A program made the translations under genes and the position numbers. From a virus (lineage: Duplodnaviria > Caudoviricetes), in the IMG/VR virus record IMGVR_UViG_3300023059_000010, positions 1-41,943 of that record: 41,943 nt of DNA; one strand, 5' to 3'. The notes beneath the pieces are model-generated. The model did not search any database. It had not been told where the DNA came from and was given only the letters and a program-made list of their open reading frames with translations. Positions 33,202-41,943 of the stretch are shown in pieces. Numbering within the stretch: position 1 is the stretch's first letter; each line of letters begins with the position of its first letter.

Positions 33202-33734
33202 GGGTCGTCGGGGTTGATCCATCGCTCACCGGAACAGGTGTCGCCTGCGCAACTCGCCACCAAGACGGTTCGGTTTCGTGGGAGTCGTTCACCGTGAAAT
33301 CGAAGGCCTCTGCGCCGTCGATCGCTGCACGGATGAAGCGTCTGAGCTGGATCAAGAGATCAGCACTGGCGCGGTTGACTCCGGGCGCGCTGATGGTGAT
33401 CGAGGCGCCTGCGTATTCACGGAGCCAGGGGTCGCGGCATGAGCGGTCTGGGCTGTGGTGGCTGATCGTGGATCTCGCGACTGAGAAGGGGTCGCGCGCG
33501 GTGGAGGTCTCGCCGACTGCTCGGGCGAAGTACGCGACGGGGCGCGGAAACGCTTCGAAGGCAGAGGTGGTTGCCGCGGTGAGCGCACGGTATGGGGTCT
33601 CGCCTGCGAATGACAACGAGGCGGACGCGATCGCGCTGGCGGCTCTTGGGTTCAGGCTCGCGGGGTTCCCGATCGAGGCGACGAGCGAGCCCTGGATGGA
33701 TGAGGTTGCTGCGACGGTTCGCGGCGAGCTTTGA
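33198..33734 (+). CDS. RuvC-like Holliday junction resolvase
   Basis: VVGVDPSLTGTG, VIEAP, KYATGRGNASK, NDNEADA. Confidence 0.9.
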   Translation: MRVVGVDPSLTGTGVACATRHQDGSVSWESFTVKSKASAPSIAARMKRLSWIKRSALARLTPGALMVIEAPAYSRSQGSRHERSGLWWLIVDLATEKGSRAVEVSPTARAKYATGRGNASKAEVVAAVSARYGVSPANDNEADAIALAALGFRLAGFPIEATSEPWMDEVAATVRGEL

Positions 33735-33776
33735 AGGTTTCCCGCGGTTTCGCGGGGTGTTGAAAGGAAGAAAAGA

Positions 33777-34433
33777 ATGGTCAATATTGCAGGCACTTTG
33801 CCGAAGTCGAATGGGTTGGTGTCGTACGCGTCGCAGCTCGCGAAGGCGCTGGCATCGGGGCAGAAGCATTTCGTTGTCGGTGTGGTGGTGACGGAATCGG
33901 TGAAGACGAAAACGGATCTCGATCCGGTGCCTACCGTGAAGTTCACTCGTATTGAGTTGGTGCCGCTTGGGCACGATCTTGAGTCTCCCGCGGCGGATCT
34001 GATGCTCGCTTTGGAGGCGCTGCGCAACGGTGGCGAGGGGCAGCAGCAGTTCGATATGTCGGCGCCTGGGGAGCCGGTGGAGGTCGGCCCGCTGGAGCTG
34101 GAGTCGGGCGAGGGCATGTTCTTCCGCGTGGTTGACGTGGAGCCGGGTGTGTTTGAGCTGCGTCTGTGCTCGCCGTATCTCGAGGGTCTGCGCACTCGTC
34201 GGATGCTGCGTTCGGAGTGGGGTGAGGTGCCGCCTGGTGATTATCAGGCTGCGCAGTTCGATCCTGAGCTTGCTGCGTTCGCGGATCGTCTGCTCGTGGA
34301 TTGGAACACGAACGCTGGTGAGGCCGAGGTGGTGGATGCGGAGGTCATTGACGATGACGAGCCCGCAGACGTTGAGGACGACGGAGATACCGAGGCTGAT
34401 GTCGACGCTGATGGCGGTGACGAAGATGAGTGA
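33777..34433 (+). CDS. Hypothetical protein with acidic C-terminus
   Basis: RBS GAAAGGAAG; 218 aa ORF in operon. Confidence 0.7.
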   Translation: MVNIAGTLPKSNGLVSYASQLAKALASGQKHFVVGVVVTESVKTKTDLDPVPTVKFTRIELVPLGHDLESPAADLMLALEALRNGGEGQQQFDMSAPGEPVEVGPLELESGEGMFFRVVDVEPGVFELRLCSPYLEGLRTRRMLRSEWGEVPPGDYQAAQFDPELAAFADRLLVDWNTNAGEAEVVDAEVIDDDEPADVEDDGDTEADVDADGGDEDE

Positions 34434-35007
34434 GCTTTACTACGAGCTGACGGGGAAGTCGAAGGTTAATCTCTTCGGCTACACGGTTCATCAGATTCGG
34501 GCTATTCGTGACGTTCCGGGCACCTCTGTCAAGAAGGGTGATCTGGGCGGTTGGGTTGGCTCACTGCGCCTGGAGAACGGCAACGCACGGGTCTCCGGCA
34601 ACGCATGGGTCTCCGGCAACGCACAGGTCTACGGCAACGCACAGGTCTCCGGCAACGCATGGGTCTACGGCAACGCACAGGTCTCCGGCAACGCATGGGT
34701 CTACGGCAACGCACAGGTCTACGGCAACGCAGAAATTCTCCAGTCCTGGCACTACATCACAGTTGGGCAGATCGGATCTGAGGGTGTTTCGGCAACGGTG
34801 TTTCGCACGAAGAACGGCAAGCATCGCCTGAACGTCGGTTGCTGGTCGGGCAAGCTCGGAACGCTGATGGCGGAGGTCAAGCGCCGCCGGCAGTGGTGGC
34901 ATGGCAATGAGGCGACTCAGGAGCAGTGGGTTCTCCAGTACCGTGCCCTGCGAGCGCTTGGCAAGGCGACGGTTGCACGCTGGGCTGAGGTCGGTGGTTC
35001 GAAGTGA
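34426..35007 (+). CDS. Hexapeptide-repeat (beta-helix) phage protein
   Basis: IRAIRD...VKKGDLGGWV then (GNA[RWQ]V[SY])8, C-terminal VGCWSG.L. Confidence 0.8.
   Translation: MSELYYELTGKSKVNLFGYTVHQIRAIRDVPGTSVKKGDLGGWVGSLRLENGNARVSGNAWVSGNAQVYGNAQVSGNAWVYGNAQVSGNAWVYGNAQVYGNAEILQSWHYITVGQIGSEGVSATVFRTKNGKHRLNVGCWSGKLGTLMAEVKRRRQWWHGNEATQEQWVLQYRALRALGKATVARWAEVGGSK
34579..34731 (+). repeat. 18-bp coding tandem repeat, 8.5 copies
   Basis: GGCAACGCA(C/T)(A/G)GGTCT(C/A)C units. Confidence 0.95.
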
Positions 35008-36200
35008 GCGCATTCGCGGAGATGGTAGTTCCGATGGCTGTTGCGGAGCTAAAGGCACGCTCGCTGGGGTCAGACGAGGATCGTGCGGCTTGGCTGGAGG
35101 CGCGCACGAACTGTGTGACAGCGACGGAGGCGAAGCTGCTGATGCAGGCGCACCTGTCGGGGAATCCGACGCAGGTCAAGCGAGTGATTGCTGATCTGGT
35201 TTCGGAGAAGTTGGACGGGTCGAAGTTCTCGGGCAACCACTTCACGGAGTGGGGGAAGCTGCGCGAGCCGTTCATTCTGGCTGAGCTGGAGCGCAGGTAT
35301 GGGCTGCGTGGTTGCGGGCTGTTGGTGCATGCGGAGGGCAACTCTCGGCATGCGGCGACGCCGGACGGCGCTGGGGTGAACTTTGATGGGCTGCTGGATC
35401 TCGCCGAGATCAAGACGTCGAAGAACGATGTGACTCTTGGCTCGGCGAAGTTCGATCAGGCGGGCTATCTGTGGCAGATGCAGTGGCAGATGTACTGCAC
35501 CGGGGCGCTTCGCGTGCTCTATGTGGTCGAGCGTCATAACGACGATTGGTCTGGCTGGGATCTGCGTGACCGGTCGACTTGGAAGGTCGAGACGGGGCCA
35601 ACTGCGGAGCCGTTGGTGGCGGTGTGGGTTGCGCGTGATGAGGCGGCGATCGCGCAGATGATCACGCTCGCTGACGAGGCGCTCGCTGTTGTTGATGCGG
35701 AGCGTATGCGACGGGCTGCTGTGCAGGCGGCTTCGGCTGGCGGGCAGTCGGTAGCTGAGGTTACGGATGCTCTGCAGCAGGTCGTGGATGCGGAGGCGAT
35801 GGCGGCGCAGGTGCTGATCGAAGCTGAGGCGGCGGGCTTGGTTGCTGAGGTTGTTGCTGGTCGTGGCGATGAGGCGGCTGGCAAGAAGCGCAAGGAGACT
35901 GCGTGGGCTCGGTTGCAGGCGATCGGGGCTAAGCATGGTGACTTCTCTGCGAAGTCGGCTGCTGGGTCGGTGCGGTTCATATCTGGCGCCGAGGTCGTGA
36001 TTGATGTGGTCGACCAAGAGGCTGCTGAGGCTGCTCATCCGAAGGAGTGGGCGCAGCTCGAGCGCGCGCGGAAGCGTGCGGCGGAGTTGGAGCTGGCGTG
36101 GGGCGAGCTGGCTGCTCGTCATCTGAAGAAGGAGAAGCAGGTGGGTAAGGCGTCGCTGACGGTGACGGCTGCTCGCGCGAAGAAGGAGAAGAGCGAATGA
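35004..36200 (+). CDS. YqaJ/RecE-like exonuclease
   Basis: WLEAR...TATE, WG..REP, ATPDG, EIKT, Y.WQMQWQM. Confidence 0.9.
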   Translation: MSAFAEMVVPMAVAELKARSLGSDEDRAAWLEARTNCVTATEAKLLMQAHLSGNPTQVKRVIADLVSEKLDGSKFSGNHFTEWGKLREPFILAELERRYGLRGCGLLVHAEGNSRHAATPDGAGVNFDGLLDLAEIKTSKNDVTLGSAKFDQAGYLWQMQWQMYCTGALRVLYVVERHNDDWSGWDLRDRSTWKVETGPTAEPLVAVWVARDEAAIAQMITLADEALAVVDAERMRRAAVQAASAGGQSVAEVTDALQQVVDAEAMAAQVLIEAEAAGLVAEVVAGRGDEAAGKKRKETAWARLQAIGAKHGDFSAKSAAGSVRFISGAEVVIDVVDQEAAEAAHPKEWAQLERARKRAAELELAWGELAARHLKKEKQVGKASLTVTAARAKKEKSE

Positions 36201-37213
36201 GCGAATTGGTGGTTGTTCAGTCGACGGGCGTGGGTGTGCTCCCGCGGTCGTCTGATTGGACGCAATGGGATGAGCGTGAGCGGGCGCTTGCGATGACGCT
36301 TGGTCTTGCGATCGAGCGGAATGGGCGGGTTGAGACTGCTGATCGCGGCACGATCGAGGTGTTTCTGTCTCAGTGCGAGCGGACACAGCTTGACCCTGTG
36401 GCTCGGCAGATCTACTGCATCAAGCGCGGGAATAAGTGGGGCGTGCAGATCTCGATCGATGGTGCGCGCCTGGTGGCTGAGCGCTCCGGTGAGTACGAGG
36501 GTCAGACTGCGGCGCAGTGGACGGCTGACGGTGAGAAGTGGGTTGACGTGTGGCTGGCGGAGACGCCGCCGGCTGCTGCTCGTGTTGGTGTGTATCGGCG
36601 TGGTTTCCGTGATCCGTTGTTCGCGGTTGCGCGGTTTGCGTCGTATGTGGTGATGAATGACGAGTGGGTGGATCGCCAGAAGACGGGGAACAAGGTTCTT
36701 TCTCCGATGTGGGCGAAGATGCCGGACGTCATGATCGCGAAGGTTGCTGAGATGTTGGCGCTGCGTAAGGCATTTCCGCAGGATCTGTCGGGGTTGTATT
36801 CGACGGAGGAGATGGAGCAGGCGGGCGGCGCTCCTGCTCCGCGCTCGTCGCAGCCTGCTGTTGCTGCGGCGCCGTCTTCGAGCGAGTACCCAGGTCTTGA
36901 TCCTCGAGTTGAGGCGGTGATTGATGCGCAGGGGAATATCGAGCGGGCTGATGATGGCACGCTGCTGAGCACGAACATTCCGGATTCCGAGCTGCACGGG
37001 TCGGATGTTGTTGATGCAGAGGTGGTCGAGGAGCCCGCGTTTGATGCGAAGGCGTGGGAGCTGCGTGTCGAGGGTGCGGGAACTACTGAGGCGCTGCGCG
37101 CGGTGTGGGATGCGGCAGAGTCCGAGCAGGTGCTGGGTTTCCTGGTACTTGATGGTTCGACTGCGTTGGGTGATGCGATTCTCGCTCGCCGTGAGCAGCT
37201 TGGCGGCGCGTGA
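36197..37213 (+). CDS. bet: Bet/RecT-like single-strand annealing protein
   Basis: C.RTQLDP.ARQIY.I, ISIDG.R..AERSG.Y.G, W.KMP.VMIAKVAE..ALRKAFP.DLSGLY..EEM. Confidence 0.9.
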   Translation: MSELVVVQSTGVGVLPRSSDWTQWDERERALAMTLGLAIERNGRVETADRGTIEVFLSQCERTQLDPVARQIYCIKRGNKWGVQISIDGARLVAERSGEYEGQTAAQWTADGEKWVDVWLAETPPAAARVGVYRRGFRDPLFAVARFASYVVMNDEWVDRQKTGNKVLSPMWAKMPDVMIAKVAEMLALRKAFPQDLSGLYSTEEMEQAGGAPAPRSSQPAVAAAPSSSEYPGLDPRVEAVIDAQGNIERADDGTLLSTNIPDSELHGSDVVDAEVVEEPAFDAKAWELRVEGAGTTEALRAVWDAAESEQVLGFLVLDGSTALGDAILARREQLGGA

Positions 37214-37701
37214 TGAGTGCCGCGGCGTTGCCGGAGTGGGCGCTCGAGTCGCTGCGAGCTATCGGCCTGATGAGTCCTGACCCGGATGATGAGTTGCATG
37301 TTGCGCTGGTGAATACCGTGCTTCGGCTTGGTGCGGGTGCTGCGCAGGGCGTTGTGCTGACGGCGATGCGTTGGGATATCAACTGGGCGCAGAAGGATGC
37401 TGGCGTGGCGTTCGCGAAGGCGAAGGTCGACTATGAGCATCTCGTTGCGAGTGTGTCTACTCGTGCGATCGCTGAGGGTTCTGCGCGTGGTGAGCGGGTG
37501 TCTGTGGCGTTCGCGGAGAAGCTCGCCGAGGTCGAAGCGTATGAGCACAAGTTGCGGTATCTGCTGGCTGAGAAGCGGGAGCAGTCGTTGCGCAAGATGC
37601 TCGACACGATCGAGACGCAGGTTGAGGTATGGCGGACGGGTCGTGCTGATGAGCGTGCTGCGGATCAGGCGCATGCGCGCGGGTTCTCGGGTGGTGCCTG
37701 A
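37210..37701 (+). CDS. Hypothetical protein
   Basis: Helical ORF overlapping the bet stop. Confidence 0.7.
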   Translation: MMSAAALPEWALESLRAIGLMSPDPDDELHVALVNTVLRLGAGAAQGVVLTAMRWDINWAQKDAGVAFAKAKVDYEHLVASVSTRAIAEGSARGERVSVAFAEKLAEVEAYEHKLRYLLAEKREQSLRKMLDTIETQVEVWRTGRADERAADQAHARGFSGGA

Positions 37702-37769
37702 TGGGCGCTGTGGTTGGTGGCGGTCGTCGCGGTGGCGATCGTGTGGTTGATGGTGAAGGAGTCGGCGAA

Positions 37770-38060
37770 ATGGTTACTGGTGAGAAGCCTGATGAGCAGG
37801 CGGACTGGTCTGAGGTCGAACGGGGCGCTCGTGCGCTTGGCGCGGCTGGGGTGCAAACCGGCGAGTGTTCGAAGAATGGGTGCTCGGCGCGTGCGGTTGG
37901 CTACATAGATGGGCACGGCTTCCCAGCGGTGTTCTGCGCCGCGCATTTCTTCGAGCTGGGGGCGATCGCGGCACTGTCGGTGTTCGGCAAGGTCACAGGA
38001 GATGCTGGTCTTGGCATGGCGGCTTCTCTCACTGAGAGGCTCGGTGCACGAGATGTGTGA
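37770..38060 (+). CDS. Hypothetical protein
   Basis: RBS AAGGAG before ATG 37770 (alternative start 37701); C...GC...FC..H. Confidence 0.55.
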   Translation: MVTGEKPDEQADWSEVERGARALGAAGVQTGECSKNGCSARAVGYIDGHGFPAVFCAAHFFELGAIAALSVFGKVTGDAGLGMAASLTERLGARDV

Positions 38061-38361
38061 GCTGGGTGCTTCAATGGATGCGCTCGGCGCGCAGGTTGAT
38101 GAGGCGGTAGCTGCCGAGGCTCTGCCGATGGTGTGTTCGGCTCCTGAGTGCGACGGTGTGCCGGTGATGCGTTTGGCTCCGTCTGCTGATGCTGCGGATC
38201 TGCTCTGTGCTGATTGCTTGTTCGGGTTCGGGGTGTCGGTTGGCGTGCGGGCGATGATCGAGGTGATCGAGCCTGCTGGGATCCGTGTCGACAAGGAGTC
38301 TGCTGGTGCTCTGGCGAGTTTCTCGGCGTTGCGGGTGCTTCACACGTCGGAGGTTCTCTGA
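38053..38361 (+). CDS. Hypothetical Cys-containing protein
   Basis: CSAPEC...LCADC; overlaps neighbours. Confidence 0.55.
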   Translation: MCELGASMDALGAQVDEAVAAEALPMVCSAPECDGVPVMRLAPSADAADLLCADCLFGFGVSVGVRAMIEVIEPAGIRVDKESAGALASFSALRVLHTSEVL

Positions 38362-38585
38362 TGCGTATGCCGTGGCGAGCGTCATTTCTTGCTCACCTTT
38401 TGGGGTTGCATTCTCCTTCCGCACTCTGCCTTGGGCGGTGCTGGTGTCAGCGTCGTCGCGTGGTGTGGAGCTGTTCTGCGGATCCGGGCTGGTACTGGAT
38501 CTGGCCGAGGCAGCTTGTCGAGTCGCGCTATGTGCTGCTGCTCAAGCTGTGGCGCTTCGAGGTTGGTTTTCGTCGGCGTGGCTGA
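38361..38585 (+). CDS. Hypothetical protein
   Basis: TGATG coupling upstream; fills the gap before the HNH gene. Confidence 0.45.
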   Translation: MRMPWRASFLAHLLGLHSPSALCLGRCWCQRRRVVWSCSADPGWYWIWPRQLVESRYVLLLKLWRFEVGFRRRG

Positions 38586-39018
38586 TTCGGAGTTCTCGCC
38601 CGCGGTGCGCCGGCTCGTGCTGGCTCGTTGCGCGGGCGCTTGCGAGCGGTGCGGGAAGAGGGTGCGGCTTGAGCTGCATCATCGCCTGTACCGCTCGCGG
38701 GGCGGCTCCGGTGACGCGGGTAACGCGATCGCGCTGTGCGGGTTCGGTAACGCGGATGGATGCCACGGCGTCGCGCATTCGGGCAGGGGCGAGATCGAGG
38801 GGTTCTCGGTCGCGTCGAGCGGCGATCCGTTCGCGGTGCCGGTGCGGTTGTACAGGTTCGGGCTGGCGTTGCTGGATCGGGAGGGTCGTGTGTTGCGGGC
38901 TCTGGGGCAGGCGTGTTGGTCGCATTCGGGTTTTGGTGCTGTTGCTGGGTGTGGGGCGTGTGCCCCGTCTGGCGGGGTGCTTTGGAGTTTTGAGGAAGAG
39001 AAAGGTTGGTGGGGGTGA
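38578..39018 (+). CDS. HNH endonuclease
   Basis: CERCG...ELHHR..RSRGG....N...LCG.....CH...H. Confidence 0.85.
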   Translation: MADSEFSPAVRRLVLARCAGACERCGKRVRLELHHRLYRSRGGSGDAGNAIALCGFGNADGCHGVAHSGRGEIEGFSVASSGDPFAVPVRLYRFGLALLDREGRVLRALGQACWSHSGFGAVAGCGACAPSGGVLWSFEEEKGWWG

Positions 39019-40001
39019 TGACCGAACTGTCGTCGTTCTATTCGGATGGTCTTGTCACGCTCATTGCGGGTGATGCTGAGGCCGTTGGTGTTGACCTGGA
39101 ATCGGGTTCAGTGCAGACGATTGTCACGTCTCCTCCGTATTTCGGACTGCGTGACTATGGGGTTGCCGGGCAGCTCGGAGCAGAAGCGACTGTCGATGAG
39201 TATGTCGATCGGTTGGTGCGTGTCTTTCGAGTTCTTCGTGATGCGTTGGCTGACGACGGCACTTTGTGGTTGAACCTGGGTGATTCGTATGGTGGGGCAC
39301 CCGGTGGTGTGCAGGGATCGTCAGGGGAGTGCTCGGGGCGGCAGGCTGCTGCTCAGCGCGCTGGCAGGGGGGCGAAGTCGGGTCGCTCGAAGGAGCTGCT
39401 CGGAGTTCCCTGGCGAGTGGCTTTGGCGTTGCAGGCGGACGGATGGTTGTTGCGGTCGGACATTATCTGGTCGAAGCCCAATCCGATGCCGGAGTCTGTG
39501 AAGGATCGGCCTACGAAGGCACACGAGTATTTGTTTCTTTTTGCGAAGTCTCGGCGGTACTTCTATGACGCTGATGCGATCGCAGAGCCGGTGTTGGATT
39601 CAACGATCGAGGATCTGCAGCGACGCAAGGTCTTGACCAACAAGGGTACGCACGGTGGCGCTCGAGCTGATCTTGGCCGATCACGTGCCGACTATGTGCG
39701 GGCGGATGGCCTACGCAATAAGCGAACGGTGTGGGAGATCGGGTCGAAGCCATTTCAGGGGGCGCATTTCGCAGTGTTTCCGCCGGAGCTTGTACGCCCG
39801 TGCGTGCTGGCTGGTTCGCGTCGCGGGGACCTGGTGCTGGATCCGTTTTCTGGGTCAGGCACGACGGGTCTGGTTGCGACTCAGGAAGGGAGAAGGTACG
39901 TGGGAATTGATTTGAACCCGGAGTTTCTGGAGCTGTCGTTGCGCACTCGGTTTGCGCAGCCGGTTCTCGATTTGTCAGGCGTTGGCGGTGAACAGCGATG
40001 A
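39018..40001 (+). CDS. N4-cytosine/N6-adenine DNA methyltransferase (beta class)
   Basis: VTSPPY precedes VLDPFSGSGTT; WLNLGDSY, IIWSKPNPMPESV.DRPT..HEY, HFAVFP. Confidence 0.93.
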   Translation: MTELSSFYSDGLVTLIAGDAEAVGVDLESGSVQTIVTSPPYFGLRDYGVAGQLGAEATVDEYVDRLVRVFRVLRDALADDGTLWLNLGDSYGGAPGGVQGSSGECSGRQAAAQRAGRGAKSGRSKELLGVPWRVALALQADGWLLRSDIIWSKPNPMPESVKDRPTKAHEYLFLFAKSRRYFYDADAIAEPVLDSTIEDLQRRKVLTNKGTHGGARADLGRSRADYVRADGLRNKRTVWEIGSKPFQGAHFAVFPPELVRPCVLAGSRRGDLVLDPFSGSGTTGLVATQEGRRYVGIDLNPEFLELSLRTRFAQPVLDLSGVGGEQR

Positions 40002-40831
40002 GCAACGAGGCTACGAATTGGGCTTGGCAAGTTGAAGGGCTGCAGCCAGTGGAGCGGTTGCTGCTCGTCGCGCTCGCCGATTATGCAGATGAGGCGTGGT
40101 CGTGTTTTCCGTCGCAGGCGGTGCTTGCGGCTCGGGCATGCTGCGCGGAGCGAACTGTGCGGGATCGGTTGCGGTCGATGGAAGATCGAGGACTTTTTCG
40201 GCGTGATCGGCGCTATGCGGATGGGGTTCGCACGTCGGATCGGTTCGTGCTGAATCGTGGTTACCGGCAGGATCTGCCGGTAGATGGTTACCGGCAGATT
40301 GGGGCGACCTTACCGGCAAATATGGGCGACCTTACCGGCAGCCGTTTGCCGGGTAACCATCAGAACCATCAGAACCATCAGATAACCCCTATATCCCCTA
40401 CGGCTGATGACGAGCAGTCAACGGACTTCGTGGAGCAGGCGAAGGGCGCGGAGCCTGCCGTGCTCGGCGTGCAGGTGGTCGATGGTGCGTTCTCGGCGTT
40501 CTGGTCTTGCTATCCGAAGAAGGTCGGGAAGCGTGGTGCGGAGCAGGCGTTTCGTGCTGCGGTGAAGCGTGTGGGTAATCCGACGCCAATCCTTGAAGGT
40601 GCGCGGCGGTTGCGGGATGATCCGAATCTGCCGAAGGGTGTTGATCGGAAGTACATTCCGCATGCGTCGACGTGGCTGAATCAGGATCGGTGGGAAGACG
40701 AGCCGTTGCCTGCGCGCGGCAATGGTGGTGGGTTTGCTGGTGCGCTCGCCGCGGCGGCTGAGGCGGATGCGCATTTCGCGGCGATGGAGAGTGCGCAGCA
40801 GCGTGCGCTGGACGCGGGTGATGCGCTGTGA
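39998..40831 (+). CDS. Replication initiator protein (N-terminal HTH)
   Basis: LLLVALADYAD...CFPSQ..LA......ERTV; C-terminal FW..YPKKVGK..A, IPH.STWLNQ.RW.DE. Confidence 0.85.
   Translation: MSNEATNWAWQVEGLQPVERLLLVALADYADEAWSCFPSQAVLAARACCAERTVRDRLRSMEDRGLFRRDRRYADGVRTSDRFVLNRGYRQDLPVDGYRQIGATLPANMGDLTGSRLPGNHQNHQNHQITPISPTADDEQSTDFVEQAKGAEPAVLGVQVVDGAFSAFWSCYPKKVGKRGAEQAFRAAVKRVGNPTPILEGARRLRDDPNLPKGVDRKYIPHASTWLNQDRWEDEPLPARGNGGGFAGALAAAAEADAHFAAMESAQQRALDAGDAL
40261..40381. repeat. Iteron-like repeats, probable origin of replication
   Basis: TTACCGGCA at 40261, 40288, 40310, 40332, inverted copies at 40275 and 40347; AACCATCAG x3 at 40355-40381. Confidence 0.8.
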
Positions 40832-41943
40832 GTATCGCTTTCCTCGACTTCTTTGCTGGGTTCGGTGGCGCCTCTTCTGGTCTTGTTGAGGCCGGTCTTG
40901 AGCTGGTCACTGCTTACAACCATTGGGAGACCGCAATCGCGGTGCATTCGGCCAACCACTCCGACGCTGACCATGTTCAAGGCGACCTCTCGGGCTACGA
41001 CATGCGACGCCTGCCGTGGGTGCCGATGCTCTGGGCTTCGCCCGAGTGCACCTGGCATTCTCCTGCGGGCGGGCGAAAGCGCGTTGCTCAGAATGCGCCG
41101 ACGCTGTTCGGTGACGATCCGTTGCCTGCTGCTGCCGGCGTGCGTTCGAGGGCAACGATGTATGACCCGATTCGAGCCGCTGAGGCTCGACAGTTTGACG
41201 TGGTTGTGATCGAGAACGTGGTCGAGGTTGCTGCTTGGCCGTTGTTTGATCCGTGGCTCCGGATGTGGGAGGCGCTCGGCTACGAATGGAAGATTGTGAA
41301 CGCAAACGCAGCTCACATCTACGGGCAGAACAATGCGCCTGCGGGGCAGTGGCGCGATCGCATCTACGTCGTGGTCACCAAGAAAGGAGTTCGTCAGCCG
41401 CGACTCGACCTGTCACCTCCGGCGTTCTGCCCGCAGTGCGATCGCGTGGTTTCGACGCGTCAGCATTGGAAGAAGGCTGCGCCTGATGGTGCGCCCCGAG
41501 TCGGGAAGTACGGCGCCCAGTATGTGTACGTTTGCGACGCCGGGGCGCACGCTCTGCAGGTCGTGGAGCCATTCGTTCTGCCCGCGGCTGCGGTGATCGA
41601 TTGGTCTGATCTCGGCATCAGGATTGGCGATCGAGCGCAGCACGGGCTCCGGCCACTTGCCGCGGCGACGATGCGCAGAATCGAAGTCGGGCTGCGAATG
41701 TTCGCGCGCCCTGCTGTGGTCGCGAATGCGGGGCAGACGTGGGATGCTGCAAACCCTCGCCATCCGCGCTTCGGTGAGCCTGATTCCTACTATCGCGCGT
41801 GGGATTCGCTCGCGCCGATGATGGCTCGTCAAGCTGGGGGCACGGGTGACGGTATCGCGGTGCCGCCGTACCTTTTCGCGGTGAATCACGATGGTGACAA
41901 TCGGGCGAGAACGATGGACTCTGCCCCGTTGCCGACGCGCAGC
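40828..41943 (+). CDS. C5 DNA cytosine methyltransferase, N-terminal part (runs off window end)
   Basis: Read manually from GTG 40828: DFFAGFGG (motif I), WASPECT (IV), VIENV (VI), Q.RDRIYVV (VIII); open to the end. Confidence 0.9.
   Translation, partial: MSIAFLDFFAGFGGASSGLVEAGLELVTAYNHWETAIAVHSANHSDADHVQGDLSGYDMRRLPWVPMLWASPECTWHSPAGGRKRVAQNAPTLFGDDPLPAAAGVRSRATMYDPIRAAEARQFDVVVIENVVEVAAWPLFDPWLRMWEALGYEWKIVNANAAHIYGQNNAPAGQWRDRIYVVVTKKGVRQPRLDLSPPAFCPQCDRVVSTRQHWKKAAPDGAPRVGKYGAQYVYVCDAGAHALQVVEPFVLPAAAVIDWSDLGIRIGDRAQHGLRPLAAATMRRIEVGLRMFARPAVVANAGQTWDAANPRHPRFGEPDSYYRAWDSLAPMMARQAGGTGDGIAVPPYLFAVNHDGDNRARTMDSAPLPTRS

Noticed and set aside
34579-34731. Possible CRISPR array
   Set aside because: Units are contiguous with no unique spacers and encode an in-frame hexapeptide repeat; no cas genes
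37714-37908. Alternative 64-aa hydrophobic ORF
   Set aside because: No clear RBS, and it overlaps the RBS-supported gene starting at 37770; cannot be fully excluded
38578-40001. HNH + methyltransferase as a restriction-modification pair
   Set aside because: Both resemble common stand-alone phage early genes; adjacency alone is not sufficient evidence

Overview
The window is a near-complete (~42 kb) temperate siphovirus genome of a high-GC actinobacterial host (WhiB gene, actinobacterial-type SOS box and promoters; the host genus cannot be determined from sequence alone). It is opened inside a C5 cytosine methyltransferase gene whose N-terminus lies at 40828-41943 and C-terminus at 1-593, and it carries an intact attP (3' half of tRNA-Lys(TTT) flanked by arm-type repeats), so it represents the excised/circular form. 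Gene order: replication (DnaB, SSB), WhiB, HNH, tRNA-Met plus an antisense HEPN-motif moron, terminase, portal, ClpP protease/scaffold, capsid, head-tail and tail genes with a -1 frameshifted chaperone, tape measure, minor tails, M23 endolysin/holin, two accessory cassettes (membrane peptides + HTH; SOS-box SRAP cassette), attP, tyrosine integrase, ImmA/repressor/Cro switch, antirepressor, RuvC, RecE/Bet, HNH, two DNA methyltransferases and a replication initiator with internal iterons. The best candidate for an undescribed system is the tail-to-tail pair of an initiator-like tRNA-Met with a rewired anticodon arm (5329-5402) and an independently promoted RxxxxH (HEPN-like) gene (5407-5841), a possible tRNA-nuclease/resistant-tRNA defence module. 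All assignments were made by eye from motifs and synteny, without database searches.
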